Source of the DNA: Bugula neritina
Lineage: Eukaryota > Animalia > Bryozoa
DNA length: 64,000 bases
NCBI GenBank assembly: GCA_964035545.1
Contig: OZ037766.1
Coordinates: 8,794,722 to 8,858,721 of the forward strand
Direction of reading: 5' to 3'
Shown: piece by piece, positions 22,801 to 34,600 of the stretch
Position numbering within the stretch: the stretch's first letter is position 1
How the letters are laid out: the number at the start of each line of letters is the position of its first letter
The notes under the pieces: generated by a model
What the model saw: only the letters and a program-made list of their open reading frames with translations
What the model was told of the DNA's origin: nothing
The model's database searches: none
Translations under genes and position numbers: made by a program

Positions 22801-23339
22801 CAACTAACAATTATAACAGTAATAAACTCTGTCCATCTGATGTCAAGCAACAAAAGATAGAACCATCAATCAACAAGGCCAGCCATCGAAGAGCTAGTCT
22901 TCTCCCAGGCGGAGTGTCTAGTAACCCTTCTACAGGTAAATGATTTCAACTTCTTAATGTATAAAATTTTGCAGCTGCTGATTAATTTAAAGTTATGCAG
23001 CTGTATGTATGCATACACTGCTTGGTGGCGAGATTGGAAGGGAGCTATTTGTTCTCCCCATTATTTTTTTGTCTACCATATACCAGCATAATTATACTCA
23101 TGAGTTTAGCTCTCGGATACAATTAACAGTATTGTGTAACAGGCCCCTGAAGTGTAGTGCAGATTCTTCTTTGTTAGTTATAGACTGTATTAGTTATATA
23201 ACAGTAATATAAGGTCTTGCATTTTAATTTTTACATTATAGTACCTATATTCAAAGTTTCTGTGCCCACGAAAACAAGGACCAGAGAAAGAAGAAGATCA
23301 TTAATGCCAACAATCTACACAAACGAGACCCTGCCTTAG
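19813..23339 (+). CDS. Voltage-gated K+ channel, Shaw/Kv3 (KCNC)-like, divergent; 3 coding exons
   Basis: Exon 19813-20373: T1 domain ([20 protein letters not shown]-x5-C-x20-CC Zn site, [17 protein letters not shown] typical of Kv3). Exon 21663-22935: S1-S6 with TMTTLGYGD pore. Exon ~23242-23339 continues in frame (phase 1) to ...[16 protein letters not shown]. Confidence 0.93.
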
Positions 23340-23849
23340 CACTGTTTTGATAGTAATAAGAAATAATAGCAGCAGTCTCTAGGCGGGCTTAATTTAATTA
23401 TGTTGTGTCGTCTTCATAAAAATAACGACAATAATATAATAACATATCTCTACATAGTTTATTGTAATATTGTATTGCTCATTTGTTAGTTTGTTGATGC
23501 TAATGGCCAAAGATAACCTTTAAAATGTTTATAGATTACCATTTTGTGTGAGTCAATATATATATTAAAAAGACGATTGCAGTAAATCATCTTTTTGATA
23601 AAAACAAATCTATACATATTACAAATACATAAGACTGATATCTTACAAGAGAGCATCATTACAAGCAATTTATTTTTACATTAGAAAATTATATTAATTA
23701 CTTGTTGAAGCAACTGTCAATGTTGACACCAAGAAGAACTATCACGCAGCATTACAACATTTGTCAGTAACAGGTGTAGATTAAAGTATATTGTAATATT
23801 TTTGTCAACTCTAGAGAGTATAACCTTGAAGGAGGTTCCCCCATCAGTT

Positions 23850-26800
23850 TTACCCAGACAAAGATCTTGACCTACAATAAAGCAAATCCAAGTATTACAT
23901 AAGTGGTCAAAGAGTAAAAATACATAGAAGTTATTAGGGAAATATCAGGCGATAAAATACATAGATCAGCATAACCTCATATATGCTTTCAATAGCCACT
24001 TTAAATAACTGCAAACACAAAATAGTTCATCAAGTCTGTGTGTTGAACTGCACTGCACTAGCTACCAAACTAAATTTATTATGAGTTATAACAAATTGGC
24101 TGATTAAGTAAACAACCAAGTACCCTAGGGCCTACACCAATGTTCAATCTTATAATGGTCATTTTTTTCAAACTGCACCCTAAATGGTTAAGTAAGAATA
24201 CTAGAAACCGAAGTATTGACTGAAACTGAAAAGTAATACATGCAACATTACCGTTTGCTACGTCTCCTCTCTGGAGTGGCAGACCTCCTGGGGCTTCTTG
24301 ATCGTCTGGGACTTCTACAGTTATTTCAAGTTTAAAATACACTATGTCAGAGAAGCAATAAACTAGTATGGAATAATAAACCCAAGTTGAACTAAATTTT
24401 GCAACTAAATTTTAAAAGAAATCTTGAGACTGGGGTGTATAATATATAGAGGTTTAACACACAAATTATGTGCAGCAATCCCTAAAACTGACAGTAATAG
24501 TATAATTACAAACCCCAATATTTATATGAGTTCAGCATAAAGAGAGCCACAAAGAACATTGTGTGTGCTATCCAAACATCTGTCTATTTTATCTTAACCT
24601 ACATCAAAATGCAACCAGTTTGCATAACTTATACTACTGTCTTTGTTGAGAGCCATATTGGAAAGGGGGAGGGGTTATAATCTCAGATACCAGACTGTTG
24701 CTAGCATACAATAAAGAACATTACATATCATAAGCCAGGTACCTGCTTCGACTCCTTCTGCGGTCTCTGCTACGGCTACGAGCATTTCTTCCAAATCCAT
24801 TGTACCTTTGGCCACCATGTCCACCTTGACTATAAAATAACAAAGTAGATAGTTGGTTACCTTAAGGTTAATTATAGAAAATTATTGGCAACCTAATCAA
24901 CATAGATTATCACATCAATTATTTATAAGTAATAAAAAGTCAACATTATATCAGCAAACATTCTTATGTAACTCAATATGACTGGTTAGCTAAGCTTATA
25001 AATACACTACTAGTTTCACAAAGCATGTAGGAGTTTCTGCGTGTCAGTGAGTACTGTTACAGTGTGGTATTTCTTCCCAGTAAATTGTCTGGAGTAACCA
25101 GTAACACAGAAAAACAACCAATAACAACACTTGGGTGTTGTTAAATGAAGCTTTAATTAAGCATTGTTTGATAAAATTTCAACGAGACTTTTAGCCAAGA
25201 AAATAAAGAGCAGAATACAAATATTTTAATAATTTAGCAAGAGAGGTCAACGACACTAAAACAAAACCAGTAGTAAATAGTTAAGAACATATAACAATTT
25301 GTTGAGCAGAAAGTACATTTGACAATAAATACAATTATCTTGTTCAACTATCTAAAATGACGAGCTAAGTCTACATTCCACACGCATTTAAACAAAATTA
25401 CTGGGTCATTGATTGGTGGTATTTTTAAAACCTATACGATTTTCGCTGCTTCAAACGTGTAAACTGCTTTTTTAGCCAAATCAATATTAGCACAACATAT
25501 TATGATGTTCATTAGAAGAGACGTACCTCCTCAAAATCTCTCGTTTAAAAAATCATAAGGGAAAGAAGGAGGTCAAAAAGATACCTACCTGCTAGGATAT
25601 CTACAATCACCAAATCCATGAAAAGGCACATTAGACGACACAGTTTCAACATAAATTTTGCCATTTCCAACCACCATCAACCTTCAACTGGTCGTTATCG
25701 GCCATTATCATGCCATTTGTTTCCTTTACACCTCAAAGCTATACTCTTAGGAGGCCATTTTTCGGCTACCATTTAATACATTTCATGACTCTACCACAGC
25801 CAACCATGAGTCTACTCAGTGCACGCAAAGAGAGAAGTTGCTAAACCACCTCTGCACATTTAAACCAGGATTTACCAAAGCATTCTACCATCCACTATCT
25901 TGCCAATATACCCACAGTTGCCATAAAAGTTGCCATAAAAGTTGCCATCGCATACTGATCACTAAGAATGACAAGCATACTGGTGTTACATTGTATCAAC
26001 ATAATTCAGTAGAAAAGTTCTAATGCGAGAATCTAGCAACAATTACATATACCGTGTGCAATGCAACAAAGCTACAGATAGATACCAAAGTTTGCAAATG
26101 CCCATACACAAGCAATATTGAGATATACAGAGCAGATATGGACATACTTTCCACGAAATGAACGCCTGTCATAGCAGTTTCTTGCTAAATGCCCAAAGCG
26201 GCCACAGTTGTAGCATCTCATGTCATTGCCGTATGAAGGACGAGAAAAGCTGCGCATATCTGAACCACCAGCTGCAGCGGCTCTCCCACCTTTGTTTCTT
26301 GGCTTTGCCCAGGATACTCGAATACGTTGCCCAAACATTGTGCTGAAATAAATAATTTGGCTGATCAAACTACAACAAATCACATCCCATTACTTATGGA
26401 CATATTTACTTCATTTCAAATCTAAAGCTAACTCAACTACAGCATTAGTTTCCAATTAACCTCTGTTTTAGAATAACAAAGACTCCAAAAGCTATAGAAT
26501 TGGCATAAAATTTTACTAATTTAGAAATCTTAAAAATATTGGCTAATCAGTTCAATAAAACAATATATTTCAGTCAAAGTGATCTTTCTCAGTTTACTAT
26601 TTTTTCAGGACTATAAAACAACCACATTGCAGCGTGAGAATATTTAAGTGTATTACTAAGAGCTTCAATACACATATAAAAATTTGATTAAAGAAATTGA
26701 TACTAAATAAAGTTCAAAGTAAACTACCAACTGAAGCTACAGGAACCACTTATACTCACGCTCCATTCATCTCTTCCATTGCATCTTCTGCATCCTCCTT

Positions 26801-27404
26801 CTCTTGGAAAACAATAAAGGCAAAGCAGGGAGGATTTTCGGCAACCCAGGTTTCCAGTATTTTTCCATACTTAGAAAAACTTTTTTCTATTGTGTATTTA
26901 TCTGGTCTAGTACCTGAAATGCAAAAAAAGTACATGGATTTCTTTACAGCCAAGGACCATCACCTAGCATTCAAGTTTAATAAAAATTAATTTTTAGACA
27001 ATAGACACAAAATTGCATATTAGCAGATTACCGATATCAGCTAAATGCAATCTGTAACCAACATCTGCAGGACTAAGGCTCCTCGAGCGACGTCTCCCTC
27101 TAGATTGACTGCGACTATTGCGCCTTCTGTTTTCATGACTTGAGCTTCTGCTACGGCTACGAGACTTTTTTCTGTCCACTGAAGACTTGGCCCGGTCATT
27201 TGGAGACTTCTGTGTGTCGTCAGGTGATCGTCTTCTATCGTCAGGTGAGAGATCCCGGTCATCAGATTTGTGCCTTCCTTCACTCGGCCGCTTCCTATCA
27301 TATCTGTCAGATAATCTTCGTTTGTCAACAGGAGAATCGCTATGAACTGATGCCTTGGTATCAGCCTCGGCTGATGAGCTTCTAGAGCGTGATCGAGAGC
27401 CCAT
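23850..27404 (-). CDS. SRSF3/SRSF7-like serine/arginine-rich splicing factor (N-terminal RS region, RRM, CCHC zinc knuckle, C-terminal RS domain)
   Basis: Exons approx. 27404-27032 (MGSRSRSRS...GYRLHLADI), 26915-26759 (WVAENPPCFAFIVF, RNP1), 26343-26149 (RIRVSWAKPR...CYNCGRFGHLARNC), 24830-24743 (RSRSRDRRRSRS), 24314-24252 (RSPRRSRSPRR), 23871-23850 (SRSLSG*). Confidence 0.88.
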
Positions 27405-28584
27405 TTTAGCCTAAAAATACAAGAAAAACTATAAATAAAAACACGCAAATTTCAAATGGTAAATAAAAAAATGCATGAATTGAATATGGTTACACCAGTG
27501 CTTTTTGAGTATGTATAAATGTATTCAGACATTCTAAGTGCTACTGTATATCTCAAACTTATGGTTATTACATTGTACATACATTTTAAATTAAAGACAC
27601 ACCACAATTGTCAGATTTCTAAGATAACGCAATTTCAATATCTACTTTTATTTTACTTAAGTAATGTGCAAATAAGATTTTTAACTTCAACAGAAGACTT
27701 AGAGAAAATTTGCTATAATATAAACTAAAATAATATTATTGGAATCAAGAATGTTGTCCTAAGAGATCAGAGAAACTACAAACAGCGAACTTTCAACAGA
27801 AAACCAAAACACATTTTCTGAACCAGCTAGTAGTGACAGTTTTTAGAGAACAGACATAGCTCATATCCTATTTCAAAAATAAATAATTTAACAAATAGGA
27901 AATTGGGCAATACTCAAGATATCTATATTAGAGACTGGATGAGCCACAAATTTCAAGATAGTACAGCAAATGATTAAATCGATAGAACATTCAATAATAA
28001 TAAATTCATAACAACTTCATGCCATGCCCGTATATGCCATGTATTTATATTAAGATACAGAAGCAAGCATTAAAAATAAAGTGTTCTATAGTATTTTGCA
28101 ATCATGACAAATTGACTATTGCTATGAAATAGGTTGACTATATCAAAACTTCTGACAATCTCATTTCATATAAATGCAGAAAAATTGCATTTTATTTAGG
28201 GTACATAAAACATTTTGCCTTTGATTTATTTCAAGTTATACCAACACCGACTATATTATTAACTTCAAGTTAGTTTGTTTTAATTTATAATCATAATAAT
28301 TACATTTATTATAGTAATATAACTACATATTATGAATTCAAATTACAATAATTTAAACTTTTCACCAACTATAAGTATAATTATAATGATGCAGGACCAA
28401 TATTATATTTTATAGTGCTACTTTATAAAGTTATAGCTTTATACTTTGAGGTATTAATAATCATTATTGAGGTATTAATAACCATATTGATAATACTATT
28501 ATCACTATGATTATTAATATTTACCTAACACAAAAAATTAAACTATATTCTGTATTGGCATTTAATTTATAAATACTATTATTA

Positions 28585-30830
28585 CCATTGTGATTGTGAC
28601 TTATCATTAGGAATGAGTATGACTGTGATGATGATTACTAAACTTAGTTTTCTACACTTTCGAAACTGTTGGTACAGGTAATGGTATGGCTCATCTATTT
28701 TTAACACAAGAGGGAACTTTCAACAAAAATGAAAATGCCATTTACTGTTTTAGTTTAGTAAACAATTTTTCTTCAAAATCTCTATTACCCATTACTGATA
28801 GTCATAGTGATTACTACACCTAACTGCATCACTATGACATTCACTATCTCTGAGTGAGTATCACAATCACAATGACCGGTATGAGATCAGTATAAGTATA
28901 ACTATAACTGTATGAGTATCACTATCAGTATGACAATCACAATGAGTATTGCTATCAACTTCAAGTATCAACTGACACTCTCACTCTGACTTACAGTAAC
29001 AGTCAGTGTGGGTGTCATACTCATACTGGTCAGTGTTCTTCACTCACTCTCGACTCTCAGAGTCAGAGTGAGAGTCAGTTTCAGTTTGAAAATGAAAGTC
29101 AAAGAGAGTCTCATGTTTTAGTTTAATAAGACAGACTGAGACTAAGAGTAAGTATAACATTAACTATAAGTATAAGTATAACTTAATCTATAAGTATTAC
29201 TATTCGTATAACTATAAGTATAAGTTTTTACTGATGAGATTCAGATTGAGATTGGGTGACACTGTGACTGCGACGCGGATTAGATTGAGACTGTGAGATA
29301 AAGTTAACTATTTAGTTATAGATTAAGATACCACTATCAGCATTGAGGTTAGTGTACCTAATTTTCAAGTTTAAAGATGTAAAAAATGTTACTGTAAGTA
29401 CAATATTAAGTCAAATAGTAAGTACAAAATGAAAATAAAAATGAAATATAATATGGCGGACGCATACAACATCTAAAGCGGTAGCATTGTGCTTTTTTCG
29501 AAACTCGCCCAAACCAGTCGGTTCATAATTTTTTGCTAAGGTTTTCGGTGGGGTCGATATGTATATTATATACAATATAATAAAAAAACTCACGCAAGTT
29601 TATAGTCACTATCCCTGATATACAATATAATAATAATAATTATTATTATTATATTGCCTGGACCCAGTTTGCTACAGGTGTAGGCAAGAAAATAATACTA
29701 GACGAGCATTCGCATAACGCTCAAATGAGGAATGACAACTCTATAACTTGTATTGTAGCAATCGGAAATAATAAGTGGTACGAAGTTTATGTGGAATAAA
29801 AGGTTCTTGGTCAAGAAAATCTTCTGCATTATTTTGAGAATTTCTATTTTAATGCAAAGGGTTAAATGACATATACATCACTCTGATCTGATGTAGTTTG
29901 TGCAGACTATTCTATAAGCAATTCCGAATTGGGGGTGACTGGTGCAGTAATTTGATACTCTAGAGTCTAGACTCTAGAGGTTCAGATTGCAACTTTAAAC
30001 CCTCCCAACTTTAAACTCAAGAACTCTAAACTATTGAACTGGAAAAGAGTTCATTGCACTGAACTGAAAAAGAAAAATTATTTTGAGTTCATTGGTTCAT
30101 TGCTCTAAACTACTGCACTCAGTCATTTTTAACTCGGAACTATTTACAAAAAAATTCAACTTTAGCAGTTGTCATAGAAATGGCTTGAAGCAGCACCAAG
30201 TTTGAGGTGACCAAGGAAGTATTTGTATACACATAGTTTTCCGAGCTCTACACTCCGCACGCCAATCAACTGCACTCAGTGACCTCCAAGTCGGTAATGC
30301 TTCAAGCGATTTCCAAGCAATTCACGCTCTGCCACCAAAGCATGGTATGTTCATACTTCTCGATCTAGTGAGTAATCCTCTTGGCTTTACCCATGGCGCC
30401 AGAGTCACAATGTTATTATAATAATAGTAATCAATACTAACAATAAAACTTTGCAACTTGTCCTCTGTTTTAAAGCAACTTCAACTTGCACGCCTGAAGC
30501 TCCAAGTCAATGTCATTATGATTATGATTAGTCAAACTCAAACTCACAGTCACTGTCAATGTGACTCAAACTGAAAGTGACTGGACATGGTTAAAATTAT
30601 TTGGTATACCACTAATACCAGTATTACTATTAGTATAAATATTATTAAATCATCAATTAATATTTATAATAATGCAACTAAATATATTTTTGTATTTTTA
30701 TTTATAATAAAATTAAATAAATAATAATTATAATATGATTATTAATTATTATTACATTATATTTATTACTATCATTACTTATTAGTTATTACTATTAGTA
30801 TTACTATTAGTATCATTAAGTTTAACTGTT
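28585..30830. promoter_or_regulatory. Putative bidirectional promoter region of SR gene(-)/OGFOD1(+), with long hexamer-periodic tracts
   Basis: Head-to-head genes. CpG-richer patches at 29455-29560 and 30240-30410. TNA-every-6-bp tracts at 28585-28640, 28790-29340 and 30510-30585. Confidence 0.55.
30177..30313. mobile_element. Small MITE of about 137 bp, copy 1
   Basis: gaaatggcttgaagcagcacc ... ggtaatgcttcaagcgatttc imperfect TIRs; the same TIR occurs at 38331-38456. Confidence 0.7.
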
Positions 30831-31644
30831 ATTATTATTATGAAAAAAATTGAGCTATATTAATATAAATATTGCAAGTACAATTGTAGCTATATAATAA
30901 AGTGTGTGACCAAAACAGGATAGCCATTAACCGTTGCTGATTAGCCCAAGTGAAATTTATAGGAGAATAAAAAGTCAGTTGTGTAAACCATCATAGAGTT
31001 GCAAAATTGGGTAACTGTTTTAAGAAAGGAACAACCTCTGTAAAGAATGGACCCGGGTCAGGTAGGACAAAGGCGAAAAACCTGCTATATCAACCTAATT
31101 GGAAACTGTAGAGATTTTTTCAGGGCAGTCGGGAGAGTAACAGTATAACTATAAGAAGAAGTTGCTGAGTTAATAGACATGTAATTCTATGGCGTTAATC
31201 TCACTGTTTACTAGGTCAGTTTACTAAATTTTATGCTGAGGGGATCAGGAAGATGGAATTAAGATGACAAAATGTGTTGACTTACTGGAAATTATATGTT
31301 AAAAAATTAAAAAGTTGAAGTATTTAGCTTTACTACAACCTGCAAAACAATAAAATTTACTTTTCGAATTGCTTTCGTATTAGTCTATTACTTTTAGTAT
31401 GAGTATTATACAAGAGTCTTGTTTTAGGAAATTATATAGCCTGAGATTATTGAAATTCAAATTGTTTATAGTTTCAAAAGTCAGCTTTAATTGATAGTTT
31501 TTTAAAACTAGTATTGGCAGCAAATTAACTTGGTTTTGAAACGGTGAGCATATTATGATTATATAGCTGTTGAATTCAACAGTTATTTAAAACTGTCCAT
31601 AAATAGCTGAACTTCAAATGGTTTTGCTGTTACCATTCTTGTAG

Positions 31645-34600
31645 GTTTTAGATGACAACACACCAAATATGTCTAGTGCAGCTAAAATTTCTCCAGTACT
31701 AAACTCAAACTTGACCAAGAATAAACTAGAAGAAGCATTTCGTCTTGGCTCGACTTCCCCAGGTTTATGTTTATGAATAGTCAAATCTATAAACTTTTGA
31801 AGTGTCCAATGATAGTTACTAGTATTATACAGAATTTTAAAATACTTGGTGAAAATTTTTGCTAGAAGCATTTGAGTATATAATTTATTAATTATATTGT
31901 GGCAAAAATAAAGTAAGGTGGTACAAAACTTTGCTAAAACAAATACGAAAAAGTAATTAAAATTATTTTAGTATAGTTGTTAATATTTTGTAGTGTTTTG
32001 TATTCAGAGCTGTTTGTGCTTACAGGCTTGTCAGATGACCTGATATGCAGCCATGAACCGTTTGTACACTGCATCATTAGAAATTTTCTTGAACAAGAGG
32101 GGTTGGAAGAATTGCAAAGAACTATATTGGAACTGAAATTTTGTGATAAAAACAATGACTTGTATAAATTCAAGCAAGTATGATTTTTAGCTTATGTCAT
32201 TCCACTATCATCTAAACAGTAGAAGTTACTTTATTATCTTTTGTGTTAAACTAAATTTGTTATTTTATATATGTGGTCTAAATATCACTTCATATTTATA
32301 TTTTTACATAGACCAATTTATCATTTAATTGTGTTGTTTTTATCCATGATGATTTTCAGTTAAATTAAAATGTCAACGACGTTTTTTTAGACTAAAGCCT
32401 TAGAGGAAAGAAATGAACCAGCCATAAAACATTTGAAGTAAGATTTATATATCACTAAAGTTCTATTGTTTGAATTAATGGTTGTTTTAAGATTTACTGA
32501 AAAGCTACTTTACCTGTGGTTTATTTAGTACGGAATTTGCTTCTCTCAAATAAAGACAACTTCAAATAAGTCAACCCGTCAACAAACGGACACACACATT
32601 GGGTGTTATTTGTTGTTAGTTCAGTTTAATTTATTGCTCTATATTAGTTTTCACTCTACTCACTCGACATCATCTATTGTTGAATTTAATTTATTAAAAG
32701 TAAAAGCCCAGTGCTGCTTAATTTGTTCAAAATATTATTATTAAACCAATAGTTGGCAATTTGCAATTGTTTGCAGCAGGAATTAGTTTACTACTTTTCC
32801 TCATCACAAAATATTTAAAGTGATCTCATTAGTTGAACCTTTACTAGTAGCCCTCTCTCATTTACTTCTTGTTATCTAACAATTGTGAAATCATGTAATG
32901 TATGTCTCTTGTGGGCTGAACCATGTTTGCTGGATGTGACATCTGGCTTTTCTCATTCACATAAATAATGAAACACTTTTGTAGGTCGGCCTTGAATACA
33001 TTGAAACACCATTTATCAAAGATCTTTAATGTTGAACTCTTTGATAAAATAGATATGTTTGCTGCCAAGTATGGTTATACAGGTAAGTGAGATATTCCGG
33101 CGCTTTTTTTCGGTAGGATGCAAAACGTGAGTCATTGTGCGACTTGATGCGAAGATTATTATTTATAATGGGGTGTTTTATCACACATCATATGTATACA
33201 CTATACACCATCTGCAGTGAAATGTGTTAACTGAAGAAAACTCTCTTGTAGATACACTGTTGTGTCATGATGATGAATTAGAAAGTAGGAGGATAGCATA
33301 CATCTACTACCTGGTGCCAGATGATTGGAGTGTGAAAGATGGTGGAGCTCTTGACCTTTTCTCAACTTGTTCAGGTACTGGAAACCTATAAGCTAAAATT
33401 TTCATTTCTGTTTTTGCAGCTTTGTTTTATCAGGGAATTAGCCTATGACAAATATATAACGTTTGTTTTTGAATCGATAGAGCCTTTTTTTTCTTGCAAG
33501 GGTTTGAGCGCTTGTTTAGTAAACACAAAGTCATGGGTTCGAACTCCGACAAAGGACATTGGTGATGTTAGGAAGAGCATCCAGTCATAATTGCTCTTGT
33601 GCCCCATCTAAATAACTCCTTAGCCGATTTAACAAAAACAAAAACCCTTCTATCAGCTGTTTCTCACGGAAATGGTGACTATAAGCTATGGACTTTCAAT
33701 ATCAATATCATTGTTTTATTGCTTGCTATAGTTTGGAGTCAAGTAGACATGATGCCAAGGTTCAAAATTGTGCTCCTAATTTAAACAACAACTCACAGAG
33801 AGCTCTTACTGGCAAGGTCCTTCTTTCTTATATGTCTGTTAGCATTCGGTTGTTTTATAGAGCAGTGTTAGGTTTCCTGACAAAATTTAAAATAAACCAA
33901 CTATATTTCTTTGTAGAATCGGGTCTGCCAGACACTATTGTTAAATCTATCAGCCCTGTGAGAAATTCTCTTATATTTTTCGAAGTTACTGACAAATCAT
34001 TTCATCAGGTATTTGTCTTTTCTTTAAATTATATTAGCATAAATTTACTTTCGTGGTTATGATAGGTAGTTATTTGATATTAAACTTAGTTATATTAATA
34101 GAGTTGTGTTTTTAGTACTCGACATAAAATTGAAAATTATATATTTTTGTTTCATGTTGTATTTCACTACAACATATTAATACGCTCTGTCTCTATGCAG
34201 GTAGCTGAAGTACTGAGTCAGTCTAAATGTAGACTCTCAGTTTCCGGGTGGTTTCATGGTCCTCCCTACCCCAGACCAGTTTGTACCAACAGCTCTGAGT
34301 CTCAAATGATATTTGATCCAAATGATATAGAGGAAGAAATACTGTATTCATATGTTAATAATGAATATATAAACCCACTAACTCAATCCGAAATTCAAGA
34401 AAAGTTTGAAGAAGATTCTGAAATCCAACTCGCAGATTTTATTTCAGTAGGTTTTTTCGTTCATTACAGTTATAGTATTACTAATTTGATTTCCATAAAC
34501 TATTTTGTATTTGACGACATTGTTTTGTATGTTGTCCTACATTTTAAGGAATATTATTTCTTGCAATAAAAATGTTAGTTACTTCAACTTTTTGTAAGGA

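Noticed and set aside
33500-33560. tRNA gene
   Set aside because: A B-box is present, but there is no complete cloverleaf and it continues into a body shared by three dispersed copies, so it is a SINE.
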